A stretch of DNA of 64,000 nt, taken from the NCBI RefSeq assembly GCF_009914755.1, contig NC_060926.1; one strand, 5' to 3'. Position 1 is the first letter of the stretch, and every line of letters begins with the position of its first letter. A program made the translations under genes and the position numbers. Shown here piece after piece: positions 1 through 13,722 of this stretch. The stretch is from the human T2T-CHM13v2.0 reference genome, Homo sapiens. The notes under the pieces are model-generated. The model was not told the DNA's origin, did no database searches, and saw only the letters and a program-made list of their open reading frames with translations.

Positions 1-214
1 CACAACAGATTTTAGGAGTTTATTTAGAGATTTTTGGTAAGGAAGCACAACTATTCATATATTTCTCATGGAAGAATGGTCATCGTCTTCAACTTCCTGG
101 GGAATGCTATTAAGATTAATGAGAGAATAAGGAAATATTGACTCAGCTCCTCAGATCAGCAGAATACTAGAAATAATTTGGGAGATGGAAGCTACAGCTT
201 GATTATGGATACAA

Positions 215-550
215 CCTCTTTTTGATTCAGTTCATTCTCCTCAGAACCAACTCCTAGGAAATAACCAGATTATTCACCCATAGATTTATTTGCAAAGGTA
301 TTGATTACACTGTAATTTATAATTAGAAAGAAAAAATAAAATTGTCCAGTAGATGGAATAAACTTCCACCCATATTAATACACATCTTATCTATTAAAAC
401 TATTTTTAAAGATAGACTGTTAAGTAAAAATAAAAGTATATGATTTTTATAATATAGCAGTAAATCTAAACAGGAAAACTCTAAAATATTTACGATTTTG
501 GCCTCTGAATTCTAGAAATAGGGATTTTTAAATTGTTTTACAATAAATAT
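215..550 (+). mobile_element. Highly diverged L1ME-type 3' fragment
   Basis: Degenerate match to the old-L1 ORF2 end/3'UTR ('ttttgattcagttcattctcc...ctaggaaataa...gcaaaggtattgattacactgtaatttataattag'). Confidence 0.4.
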
Positions 551-1940
551 TTATTTTAATAATAATGTCAGACATGTCTGTTTGGTTAAAGTACTTCTTG
601 CAAATTGTAACTACAGCACCAAAATTCCATTTGGTAAAAAGGATGGATTTATTGCCAATTTATTATAATAACAAAAGTGTAGTCTTCCTTCAAACAACAT
701 TGTAAAGACCTCATATTTTCATAAAATCTTTTCTACATTCTTTTCAAAATAAATCTAAGTTGACTAATTACTCTGTGCTTCACTGAGTTTCCTGCTTTGT
801 AACATGGAAAATTTGTCAATAAAATTCTCCTCTTCATGCATTTGTAAATTCTATATCATATCTGCCCTAGGTGTTACAAATGACCTATAACAGTGGGCAA
901 AAAAATAAGAGCCAGCAAATGCTATTTTCACTACTGGCCTCCTATGGATTTGTACTACCTAATGTTCTTTGAAGAGTTTTGGACCACCTCTAAATAACAG
1001 CTGTGAGGGGGAACTGCAGTACTTCAATCCTTGTTTTTGGCAGTAAGTATTTGTTTTTAATGTGAAAGCAAACAACGAAAGAAAACCTTTTCCATCTGCT
1101 TTTACCAGAAAGAAAGTCAAATGGAAGTCACACTATCCTCAGCAAATAGCAGTTGACTTTAGTGCACAAACACATCATTTATAGACACAGCCTCCTAAAG
1201 TGTTAGGTCAACATTACAATGATAAACAGTCAGGGGCTAGGTGCTTAGGGAGATTTTAGGCAATGTTGAGTAGGGCTCTCCTACAGTCTCAGTTTGGGGC
1301 TCCCTGTCCTATAGAGTTGAATCTTTAGGTGGAGATTCTAAAGTATCAATCTCATTTCTTGCTAACCCAAGCATGTTGAAGGAATATTCTCCTTCTTCAA
1401 AACTGCTTGTACGTTACAGATCAATTCATATTTACTTTTGTGAACTTGTGAATATTTATTTTACAAATAGCAAGAGTCCAAGCCACTGCCAGGTCCATAT
1501 ACTATTATACGGGGCACATGAAAGTGATAATGAGAGTTACCACATGCATCAGTATGTAAAGCAGTAAGCACAGCTGCTAATTAAAACTGACTTGGGAAAT
1601 TGGATTAAGATAGCAAATATAGCTCATGTATTTATCTCTAAGTCCCAACTCAAATGTCCACAAATGAAGAAAACATGCCCCTTTTCCTAAATTATAAATT
1701 TATTATAGCACTGGAAACCATCAGAGAGTTAAATTTATGCCAAAAATTTTAAGAAATCTCTCCCAAATAGAAAGCAATTGGAATAAATATGCACAGAAAA
1801 AGAACTGCCACAAAAGGTAGAAGGGGCTTCAAAGTTGTTCCACACTCAGAAAGCTGAGGCAACGATCAGAGTGATCTGTTATGTTAGAAACATTTGAAGA
1901 AATTTAGCAGATTAATCAATTGCTCCCTGCCCCCAACACG

Positions 1941-1944
<4 letters not shown>

Positions 1945-1979
<35 letters not shown>
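1945..1979. repeat. (CA)17 microsatellite
   Basis: Uninterrupted AC run seen directly; it produces the VCVC/THTH ORFs in the track. Confidence 0.98.
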
Positions 1980-1981
<2 letters not shown>

Positions 1982-2349
1982 CACACATATGCACAGAAGC
2001 AACAATAGAAATCTTTGGAATGCTGCAGCATTGTGCATGTGAATATGGCCCAAAGAGGCTGTGCAGAATGTCCAGTGTCATGAGGAAAAGGGAGTGTCAA
2101 TGTCTAGGAAATAAACTAGTATAATCCACCAATAGCATGTTTACCATTGTCCTACAATTATGTAGTCTACAGTAAATGGAATCACATCTACAGACAGATG
2201 CATTGGGACTTACTGATTCAAAGATGACATCTGATCAAGAATTGTGAAACATTTTAAGAAAACCAACTCCATGAAATAAAAGGGCTGAACTAAGAATGAG
2301 AACAATTAACTGAGGAAACAACAGAGCAAACAGGAGATCCCAAAATAAT

Positions 2350-5300
2350 ATTTTTTAAATTGAAGTATAACTTACATAAATAAATGTCTAGGTATTAACA
2401 GTTTAGTTTGATAAATGTCGATAATTGTGTACATTTGTGTGACTAACACTCCAAAACAAAATTTAAAACATTTACATCACTCCAGAAAGTTCTCTCTTGC
2501 CCGTTCACTCGATTTCTCTATCATAGGCAACAAGTTTCTGATCTCAGTCACCATAGAATAATTTCGTCTGTTCTTCATTTCATATAAATGAAATAATAAA
2601 GTATATATTCTTTAAATCAACCTAGTACATTTGTGTCTATGTTGTATACATAATTAGCTTGTGCATTTTTAGTTAACAAATAGTATTCCGTCACATAATT
2701 ATAAAACATATTATTGACCCATTCTCCTGTTGAAGAATGTTTGGCTTATTGTCAGTTCAAGCCTATTATGAATAGAGCACCTATAAACATTCTTGTACAA
2801 GTATTTTTGGGTAAGAATGGAATTGCTATCACAGAGGGTAGATGAAAGTTTAACCCTGTAAAAAAATGCCAAACAGTTCTCAAAAGTGTTTGTACCATTT
2901 GACACTCCAGCAAGCAATGTATTAGATTTCTGTTTGCCCTACTTCCTAACGAACATTTGGTGTTGTCAGTCATTTTTATTTTAACCATTCTAGTGGGTAT
3001 CATGTGGCTTAAATTTGCATTTATATGATGAGCGATGGTGTTGAGCACATTTTCATAAGCTTATCAGAGATTCTTATATCTTCTTTTGTAAAATGTCCAA
3101 GTGTAATTTCCATTTACTAATTGCATTGTTTGTCTTTTTATTGTCAATTTTTGGAGATCTTTTGTATATTCTAGACACGAGCCCTTGTACCTTGGTCAAC
3201 AATCAGTCAACTGTGCATAAGTCCATTTCTGGACTCTACCTGTTTATCCAAGTAGGCAATATCACAATCTTTATGACTGTGGCTTTATAGTAAATAGAGT
3301 AAATCTAGAAAACAGTTAATGTAAAGTTTGCTATTGTAATCTTTTTTCCAAGATTGTTTTGTGTAGTCTAGATTCTCTACATTTCCGTATACATTTGAAA
3401 ATTAATTGCTAGTTTCTAGGGAGAAAAACCTATCGGGATTTTAAGTAAGCTTGCTTTGAATCTCAAGCTTAATTTGGACAGAATGGATATCTTAGTAATA
3501 TTAAATCTTTGAATCCACAAACATGGCATATATCTCTACTTATTTGTTGTTTTCTTTAATGTCTCCATTCAATGTTTCATAATTTCCAATCCCCACACCT
3601 TTCACTCTACCTATCACTCTGTATTCAATGTGTTGTGCTGCTATTGTAAATGTTATTTTAGTTTAACTTACCAATTTTTCATTGCTTGTATATAGGAAGA
3701 AACTTTTCTTATATTAACTTCTATATTGCAATCATGTTAGATTCAGTTATTAGTAATAGTACTTTTTTGGTTAGTTCTTTTGGATTTTCTATGTAAACAA
3801 TCATGTTGTCTATAAATAACAGCAGTTTACTTCCTTCTTTCTAATTTTGGGGCATTTTATTTCTTCTTCTTGCCTTGTTGTTGTGGCTAGAACTTTTTAA
3901 TTTAATGTTAAACAGGAGCAGTGAAAGCATATATTCTTGTCTTGATCCCAATTTAGGGGACAAAATTTACTGTTTCATTATTAAAAATAAAACCATGTGA
4001 AAGTTTTTTAATAGATGTTCTTTATCAAATTTACGATGTTTCCTTCTATTTTTCATTTGCTGAGTCTTAATGTTATGAAACAGTGTTGAATTTGGTCAAA
4101 TTCTTTCTGTATCTATTGAGATAATCAAACAATGCTCCTGATTTATTCCAATAATGTGGCAAATTACATTGACTGACTTTTTCAAAAATGTTAAACCACC
4201 TTTGCATTCTCCAAGTAACACTTACTTGGGCATAATGTATCATCCATTTATATATTGCTGGATTCAGTTTGCCAATATTTTGTTAAGCATTTTTGCATCT
4301 ATAATCATGAGAGATAATAGACTTAAATTTTCTTTTTTCATAATAGCTTTGTCAGGTTCTAGTATTACAGTAGTGCTAACCTCATAAATTAAGGTGGGAA
4401 GTACTGCTGCCTAGTCTATTTTCTGACAAAATTTGTGTAAAGCCTAGGTTATATATTTCCTAAATATCTGATAGAATTAAAACATAAACATATCTGGTCC
4501 TGGGGTTTTCTGTGTAGGAAGATTTTGAGTTACTAATTCAATTTCTTTAATACTTATTAAACTCTTTAGATTTTCTACTTCTTCTTGATTCAGTTGTAAT
4601 AAGTTGTAGAGCCTGTAGTGATGTCTCTCTTTTTTCTCATATGGGTATTTTCTGTTTTGTTCTGGTCATTCTTGCCACAGATTTATCAATTTTACTAATG
4701 TCTATAAAGAACAAGACAAGTAATGGCTAGGATTTCTAATTCATTGTTAAATAGAAGTAGTGAAGTGTGCTCATCCATTTATGTTTCATGCAGTTCTGCT
4801 TTTATTTTTGATATTTTCTTTTTTCTACTTACTTTGGGTTTAATTTCCTCTTATTTTCTAGAGCCCTAGGTCGACATTTATGTTGTTAATTTTAGACTTT
4901 TCTTCATTTAGAATATGCATATTTAAACCTATAAATGCAAAACCTATAAATATTTCTCTAAGTAATGGTTTAACAGTAGCAGCCTCCACACAGTTTTATG
5001 TGTTGTTTTTCATTATAATTTATTTTGAAATATTTTTAAATATTTTTTATTTTCCTTATAATTTCTTCTTTAATCTGTGGATTATTTGAATGTATCTTTG
5101 CTAAATTGAAAATATTTGGAGTTTCCAGATAACTCACCATTTATTGATTGCTAGCTTAATTTCATACTGGTCAAGGAATAACTACATATGATTTTAATAC
5201 TTTGATACATATTGTAACTCATTTTATTGCTCAGCATATATTCTATCTTAGTGAATGTTGCATATGCCATACTGATGAATAAGTACTCTGAAATTTGGGG

Positions 5301-7400
5301 GTACTGTGTTCTATAAAATAGCAACTAAGTCAAGTCAATTGAAATAGTTTATACAGTATAAGCTAACTTTTTTGTAACTACTTATTTCTATAATTACTAA
5401 TAGACAGTGCTAAATATCTAATTATTTTTGTGGATTTTTTCTATCTGTACCTTGAGTTTTATCGAGTTCTGCTACCTGAATGTTAAAGCTCTGTTACTAC
5501 TAGGTACATACACATTTAAGATGGTTACGTCTGCTTAATAATTTGACCTTTTAATGAAATTCTAATCTTTACTTCTAAGCTTCTTCATCTTAAGATTACT
5601 TTTGTTTAAGCTTCCTTATTTGTAAGGAGTATATAGCATAACTTTTCAAATCCTCTACTTCTAACGTGGAGGTATCTTTATATATAAAGATTATTTTTTA
5701 TTCATAGCATAGAGTTGCTCTTGTTTTCAAAAATTCAACAGTTTTATTTACATGCGGTGTTTAATTCTCATATACTTAACATAATACTGCTAACTTAATG
5801 CCTTTCATTATTATATGTGCTTTCTATTTGTCTTATCTGGTATTTATTCTGTCGTTCTTCTTTTCTCCCCTTATTATAGGCAGATCAGCATTTTTAACAT
5901 TCCATTTTATGTCCTCAATTGACTTTAAAGCTGTAATACTCTGTTTTACTTTTTCAGTGTTCTTTTAGAGATTACGATATATACTTTATCTTTTTACATT
6001 CTTCCTTCAAGTAATATAATTCTTAAGAAAATATAAAAACATTATAGCATTATAACTGATTTTTCCTCCCAAATTTGTTTGTTTTGTCATATGTTTTACC
6101 AATGCTATAGTCTCTAAGACACATTATTTTTTGCCTTAATTAGTAAATAATTTAAGTAAATTAAAAGTATGCAGACATAAAAAATAATAGCAATTAAAAG
6201 ATATTTTACATATAACCACATATTTACCATTTCTATGCTTTTTATTTCTTCCCGCAAGTGTAGTCTTCCATCTTACATCATTTCCCTGCAGCTAGAAAAA
6301 CTTTCTTTACCATTTCATGTGGAGAAAATCTGTTGAAAATTTTCTTTCAGCTTCTGTCTGTCTGAAAAATCTACTTATCCCATCTTCATTTTTGAAGGAT
6401 ATTTTTACTGAATCTAGAATTTTGTGCTGACAATTATTTTTTAACACTTTAAAGATTCTATTTCATTTTCTTCTGGTCTCCATTGCTTGTGATAAGAAGC
6501 CAGCTGTCACTGGTATCATTTTGCTTTTTCTTCTCTAGTTGCTCTTTAATTTTTCCTTTTATGTTTGGTTTTTAGGAGTTTGACTATAATGGGCCTATGT
6601 ATGACTTCCTTTGTATTTCTCATGTTTGGGATTTATTAAACTTCTTGAATCTGTGGGTTGATCTTTATTAATTATGGAAAAAATCTCAGCTGTTATATCT
6701 TAAAATATTTCTTCTCCTATTGTTGAACTTCTCCTCTTTTAAAACTCCAGGTACAAATTTTGGATGCTTTATTCCTTTTATTTTTTTCTATTTTACATTT
6801 ATTTAAAATTTTGTAGCGACTTATCTTCAAATTCACTAATTCTTTCCTCTATTGTGCCCAGTCTGCTGTTAAGACCATCAAGGTGTGACTCATTTCTGAT
6901 GTGTGTATGTATTTCAATTTTTACATTTTTATTTCTCTCATGAAATTACCCATTTCTTTTGATATGATGTCTAACTTCTTCACTAGATCTTAATGCATAT
7001 ACTCATAGTTTCTTAATGTTTCCATCTGTTAATTAGTTAATTAGTTAATTAACATTTCCATCTGATAGTTAATTACACTATCTGGTCCATCTCTGGACAT
7101 GCTGCTATTAACTATTTTCTCTTTTCCATGGGTCACACTTTCCTGCTTCTTTGTGTGTCTCATAACTTTTCATTGTATACAGGCATTTTGTGATTAAAAA
7201 ATAAAGCCAAGTAGAGATTAAAGAAATAAGATTTACTTCCAGTAAAGAGCATACCCTTCTTCTGTCAGGCATTAGTAATGAGAGTTGTGTCAACCTAATC
7301 TGTAGTTGAGCTGACTCTGAATCTAGGTTTTGCTGAGTTTATGTAGGCTTAACCACTAGATTCAAATGTTTTGAAATAATGATCAGGACTTTTCATTCAT
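2350..7400 (-). mobile_element. Old LINE-1 (L1MD/L1ME class), ~5 kb, decayed, from 3'UTR through ORF2 to the ORF1/5' region
   Basis: T-rich antisense L1. 3' end 'ttttaaattgaagtataacttacata...catcactccagaaagttctctc' at ~2350-2500; ORF2 C-terminal remnants in ORF 2752-3048 (minus); antisense ORF1-type sequence at ~6300-6900. Confidence 0.85.
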
Positions 7401-7591
7401 CAGGACTCCATAGATGAAGACACATCCACAGAATGACAGAAGAGGCACAACAGAAGAGAAAGATTTATAGTTGTGCTATATTCCCAGAATGTAACACATA
7501 GAAAGATAAAGGAAGTATGAGGGGAAGGTTCAGAGAAACGGATCATAAACTCTTACATTTATTTTCTTATTATATTGAGTTACAGAAAAAG

Positions 7592-7637
7592 GCCTGGGTG
7601 ACAAAGCGAGACCCTGTCTCAAAAAAGAAAGAAAAAA
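7592..7637 (+). mobile_element. Severely 5'-truncated Alu (last ~30 nt plus A tail)
   Basis: 'gcctgggtgacaaagcgagaccctgtctc' followed by 'aaaaaagaaagaaaaaa'; possible short TSD agaaaaa(a)g. Confidence 0.8.
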
Positions 7638-7657
7638 GTAGTGGATGGTATGTGTTT

Positions 7658-7847
7658 AAGCAGCCATTCACAAACTTCAACACGCATCAAAAGCATTCAA
7701 GGAGCCTGCTAATGTACAGATTGCTAGGCCCCATCCCCAGAGTTTCTGATTCACAAAGTCTGGGGTAGAGCTACAGAACTGCATTTTGATATATTTCCAT
7801 GTAATGCTAATGTTGCTGGTCTTAAAACTTCATTTTGTAAACTACTG
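7658..7847. mobile_element. MER5A-like hAT-Charlie MITE
   Basis: 'cagattgctaggccccatccccagagtttctgattca...gtctggggtagagc...tgcattt' is typical MER5A core sequence. Confidence 0.75.
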
Positions 7848-7899
7848 TGTTTGAAGGAAGGGTTAAGGCCAATATAAACTAAGAAGATGACTGTGATTT

Positions 7900-8630
7900 A
7901 GAAAACAGCATTAAGACAAGAGAGGTAAAATCCTTGCTCTTGTAGAACCTATCTCCTAATTATAGGAGGTAATAGACATGTAAACTAATAAAACATAATT
8001 TTTGATAACTGAAAATTAATAAGTACTTATGGACATAAAAAGAGTGTGTATAGGGGGTAACTGAGATGGACAGAGACAACAGATAGTGTGGAAAAGGAAT
8101 CATTTTTCTGGAGTGTTATCAGAGCTGAGATGTTAATAATAAGAAGGTGTTAAACTTTTGAAGTTCCCAAGGAAGGATGGTCCAAGAAGAGAAAACAGCA
8201 AGTCAAAGACACTGAGATGGCAAGAATCTTGATGTATTCAAAGAAGGAATATATACCAACAGTAAGCAAGAGAAAGCAAGTTTAAAAAAATAATGAGGTT
8301 TAAGTGGCAGGTGGAAAGAATACTATGTAGGCTGTTGTAGACCATGAGTATTGGGGGAAAATGCATTTTATTCTATAGGTAATGAGAAGCCTTTAGAGCG
8401 TTTGAACTGTCAGAATAATATATTCTATTTGAACTACTAGGCAGATCACTTAAGCTGTTACTTGGAGAATGATTGTGGGTGAGAGCAGGAAGGAATGGCA
8501 AGAAAGGAGATTGGGATAAAAGTTAGAAGAACATTACAGGATTCCAGGTAAGGCATCATTATTAATTTAACTAGAGTGGCAACAATGAATATGTAGAAAA
8601 GTGGAGATACTAGAGTGATATTCTTAAAGT
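7900..8630 (-). mobile_element. L2 LINE fragment
   Basis: Purine-rich antisense L2 motifs ('gaaaacagcaagtcaaagacactgag', 'gcagatcacttaagctg...ggagaatgattg'). Confidence 0.65.
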
Positions 8631-8924
8631 TGGCTGAGAATCAGCTTCCCAGGCTCCATCAGGAACCTAATGAATCAGGTACTCTACATTGTGTCCCCAA
8701 GTGATTCTAATGGGCAGCCAGATTTGGGGCACATTGTGCTCTGTAAGTTACTGTAGTAGACAGACTATGTGAAATCACCATAGGTTTCTAAGTAGGGAAT
8801 TTCATGATGTAAGCAGAATTTAAAGATCATTAATTTGGTGGTATATAAGAGAAATTGAAGACAAATGTCCTGCAGTAAAAAGAGTAGTCAATAGGATGTC
8901 ACAATAATTAAGGCATGAGTTTGG

Positions 8925-9127
8925 ACTGCCTGGAAATATGACAGCCAACAGCTACATGTGAGTATTTAATTTTAAATTTATTAAAATAAAATTAGGAATT
9001 CAGTTTCATAGTCATACTCACCATATTCCAAGTGCTCAACAGCCACATGTGGCTATTGTATACTGCATTGGACAGTGCAGATATAAAACATTTTCTTCAT
9101 CACAGAAACTGTTCAGACAGCAATTGC
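8925..9127 (-). mobile_element. MER3 hAT-Charlie MITE
   Basis: 'aagtgctcaacagccacatgtggctattg...ggacagtgcagatataaaacattttcttcatcacagaaa' matches reverse MER3. Confidence 0.85.
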
Positions 9128-9493
9128 CTAGACTATGGTATTAATGGGGGATAGAATCTGAGGGGCATATCTGAATTGGGAGAAGGGTTAAAGGAAGATT
9201 AACAGGGCACAGTGATAAGTGAAGCAGCACTACTTCATAAGCATGTGGATTTTATTTGAGAAATTTAAAAAATCTGTATAAAAATACACTCAAGTCAAGG
9301 GTGCTGTAAAATCAGCGCTTGCTGTGTTACACAATTCACCACAATATTTTTTTCGATATAGGAAAATACCATAACTGATAAGATAAATATTATGATAGCA
9401 AGTTTTTCTCCCCCTCCTCTCCTTTCCTGTGGGTAATTACCAATGTCTGCAATTGACAACAGTTGATCAAATCAAAATATGAAAACTAATAAT

Positions 9494-9581
9494 GAGCCAG
9501 ATTCTCCCACCACATTCCACCCGTTGAAGTCAGTGAAAGTTCTGTGCACACAGGGAGACACATGGCGAGCTAATCTGGCCC
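9494..9581. mobile_element. Ancient palindromic short element (Penelope1_Vert-like)
   Basis: Terminal inverted repeats gagccagatt / aatctggccc (9/10) with central ccgttgaagtcagtg; family assignment from recall only. Confidence 0.45.
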
Positions 9582-10773
9582 AGTATTTACACAGCACTTT
9601 CAATTTGACGATCTTAAAATGTTGAACAAATATTCACTTTTATAGGCCATCCTAGGAGATAGAATCATCATTTATACATCTAACTAAATTGGGTCTAAAA
9701 GTTTGAGCTAAAGACTTCATGCCACCTAAAATAGTAGTATTTTAAAAGTGTGTTTCCTTCTTTCCATACATGCATGTGTCAGAATTCACAAGATCTGAAC
9801 CTTCTGTTCTAAATTAAATTAGAGTATTCTTCATGGCTTCACTGAGCTTAGCCTTTCAATTATCATCTTCTTCCCAGCCACCCATCGGATCTCAGATAAG
9901 AAAGTTAATACCTCTTACTTATGTTAACCCAAATTAAACAAATTCACTCACTTAGACACATATTCATGTACCATGCATCAGAACTGCATAATTTATTCAT
10001 GATTTTAAATTTATTAAAATTTTCAGATGAACAGTGTACAAAATGTGTTAATTGAATCTCATTCTCAATTAACCACAAGTGGATTATCCAATTGATAGGT
10101 CACTCAGACATCCTGGGCCTCTCCTCTATCCCTCAACTGCTAATTTGCAGATGATTCTCCCCATCACTCTGCAGCTGGCCCTTGTGTCATTAAAAGCAAA
10201 GCAGGCTGGGGAGGGAGGAACGGGGAGAGCTGTTTGGCCTCAGTCACTTGGTTAATTAGAGAAAGAGATAATGCTGCCAATTTGTCCACTAGTTCAACAA
10301 ATATGTATGCAAGTCCTCACATTCACAAGGGGAACCTCAAGATATATTTGTAGACAGAGTCTCTCTACCGTAGAGAAATAGAAAAAGGAAAAGATGAGAT
10401 TTTTTCCAATTGTCACAGGTGGTACACAAATCTAATTCTGCACATGGATACTGGAAAGGCTATTCCAGTTCTTCTCTTCACCATTGTTTCCTCCATATCT
10501 TGGTGATTTTCACATCCCCAGGTTCCCAGTAATGGCCACGTTTGAGGCAACCTCTCAGGTACTGATGTATGTGACCTACAGCAGACTGAAGGTTGTGTTA
10601 GGTCCTGAGGGCTTGTGGGAATGCCAAAGATGTAAGCGTCTCTGGCCTCTAAATGATTTGTTAAATCCCTGGAAAGAACCTAAGAAAACAGAGGACTAAT
10701 AATGCATTGTATGCTTCTGTTAATGCTAAAATTCAGTTTTCATTATAGAGTGGTTCTGAAGGTGTCTGCTGTG

Positions 10774-11030
10774 AGAGGCAGAAATGTAGGTGACAAGAAC
10801 AGTGTCCTGGAGGTTAAGGAGACTCAGGTCTAGTCTGAGATTTGCTTCAAATTACCTCAGCTCACTGACTTCAGTTTCCTCTTCTATAAAATGAGGATAA
10901 TTAGAGGGTCCACACCACAGAGTTGATGTGGAGGTTAGATGCTTTGAACCATTACAAATGCTTAGAATAGCACCTAGGCCTGGGTCATTCCTTGATATAT
11001 GTTAGCCATGAGTACTTATTATTATTATTA
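10774..11030 (+). mobile_element. MIR SINE
   Basis: MIR core 'cttcagtttccttt...ctataaaatgaggataat' and 3' 'gcttagaatagcaccta...tattatta'. Confidence 0.8.
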
Positions 11031-11192
11031 CTATTAACTAGCCATGGGCCAATCATCTAGTCAAAATGGACCTCTGATTCTTCCATATTATGAGGGACTG
11101 GGTTATGTTATGTTACACTGAATTTTAAGTTTTCTTAAAAACTACCCAGAGGCAACCTTGGAGGAGAAAAGGAAGGTGAAAAAGTAGAATGA

Positions 11193-11514
<322 letters not shown>

Positions 11515-12365
11515 CACCAGCACCTCAACTATATTCAACTTAAACTGTAGTAGCCCTTCCTTTATATATTTTACACATTTGGAACCAATCTTATTTCATT
11601 TAAATACACATTTGGGAAGAACAATTATGCTGATTTTAAAAAAGTTTGAAAAACACTGAGCCAGATATTCCCAAGGTCTTTTTGAGTTCTGATGCATGTA
11701 TTACTTCACTTTTACAGACACAAGATGTTAGTAACATAAAAATATGCTTTATATAACTAAAAGGACCAATCATGCCCTTTCCTCCCAAAATTCAGGCACA
11801 AGATGTCTTTATCTCTTCATCTAATTAAACCTTTTTAACAGCAGTTTCAAAGGCTTTATTTGGTCCATTACGTTTTGTTATTTTTTTTCTAAAGGCTTGG
11901 ATATTAAGATATATTTGATTTATCAAAGGTCTGATTTTTTATTCCCAGACTGAGATATTATAATATGAAAGTACAGGTGAATTGGGGATAAAGAATGAAG
12001 ACAGGATTAAGAAAAGTAATGAAGATTGTTTAATATGAAAATGGGAAATAGTAATTCCATGATGAAAAAATAGCCTTGTAAATGAGGGAGGAGTTTAGGA
12101 AAATATTTCTTCCTTTTTATAGATTGAAATTGCACTGTTTTAGAGAATTAGTGTATGCCTTGGAAAGGCATACCTCTATGTCCATATCAATATTTACCTG
12201 CAGGATAATGAGGAGAATAAAAAGGCAAGTTTATAACTCACGATCTGACTTGAATGAATAACTCAGACTTTGCTAAATGTACGACCAGGAAAGCAGGGAA
12301 GGAGATGTGACTCCTAGGTACTTTGTGGGAACAGTTTAGGACTTCCAGAAGATAAAACTGCAAAT

Positions 12366-12870
12366 GTGTGGATTTAAAAGGCTCTCAACTCTTTGACCCT
12401 CCTTTCATCTAGTGATGGGGTCTAAGCAAAGACTTGGCTCTGGAATACCTCTATGATTTACATAACTAGCAGGTTATGGCAGAAGTGATGGCACACAGGT
12501 TTCTGAGTCCAGATCTTAAGAGCTAGCAGCTTCTTATTCCTGTCCCCTAGAACACTAGTTCTGGGGAAAGAAGCTGACTTCCCTGAGACTGTTGTGCTAT
12601 GAAGAAAGCCCAGGGAAGCCATGTGGACAGGTCCTGGAAAATGAGATGCATCTGGAGAGAGAGAGAAAATAAAGATTACAGATGTTGAGTGAAGAACTCA
12701 GCTTGGAAGTGAGGTCTCCATCCTCAGCTGATGCTGCATGGATCAGAGACAAACCTCCCAGTTGAGTCCTTCCTAAATTCCTGACCTGCAAAATTGTGAA
12801 CAAAGTAAATATTATTTTAAGTCACTACATTTTGGGGTAGTTTGATACACAGTAATAGATATCCTGAATA
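12366..12870 (+). mobile_element. MaLR solo LTR (MLT1H/G-like)
   Basis: 'ggcagaagtgatggc...', 'aaattcctgacctgcaaaattgtga...ttttaagtcactacatttggggtagtttgatacacagtaatagata' is a typical MLT1 3' end. Confidence 0.8.
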
Positions 12871-13191
12871 GCACAGATTAGGAGGGAATTTCAGAAAGGT
12901 CTAAATGTGAAGAAAGAGGATCAAGGTTAGAAACTGAGTATATCCTGTGGAGATTTAATTTTTTAGTTTTCTTTTCTCTGAATTATGGGGAAAAGTTATA
13001 CTGAACATATTTCTATCAGTTTTGTTTTCTAAGTAGAAATTTTTCTGATTATCCCAACTTTTAGTAATTGCCAATAAGCTAAGTACATGCAGCCTGGAGA
13101 GGGGCAGGTGGTGGTATTGTAGAAAATAAAGGGAGCAGGTCTATACAGAGAGGAGGATTTGGCCCCACACTTGCTCCTCTGCTGAGGCCAA

Positions 13192-13722
13192 TTTTTTTTT
13201 TTTTAATATATTTTAAGTTCTAGGGTACATGTGCACAATGTGCAGGTTTGTTACATATGTATACATGTGCCATGTTGGTGTGCTGCACCCATTAACTCAT
13301 CATTTACATTAGGTATATCTCCTAATGCTATCCGTCCCCCCTCCCCCAACCCCACATCCTGGTGTGTGGTGTTCCCCACCCTGTGTCCAAGTGTTCTCAT
13401 TGTTCAATTCCCACCTGTGAGTGAGAACAGTGTGGCGATTCCTCAAGGATCTAGATCTAGAAATACCATTTGACCCAGCCATCCTATTACTGGGTATATA
13501 CCCAAAGGATTATAAATCATGCTGCTATAAAGACACATGCACATGTATGTTTACTGCGTCACCATTCACAATAGCAAAGACTTGGAACCAACCCAAATGC
13601 CCATCAGTGATAGACTGGATTAAGAAAATGTGGCACATATACACCATAGAATACATCATGTCCTTTGTAGGGACATGGATGAAGCTGGAAACCATCATTC
13701 TGAGCAAACTATGGCAAGGACA
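13192..13722 (-). mobile_element. 5'-inverted (twin-primed) young L1PA insertion
   Basis: Antisense L1PA 3'UTR plus polyT at 13192-13429 joined to a sense ORF2-end segment at 13430-13722; TSD ggccaatt at 13186-13193 and 13724-13731. Confidence 0.92.

Noticed and set aside
1590-2340. Possible HAL1/L1M 5' remnant
   Set aside because: Too diverged to assign by eye.
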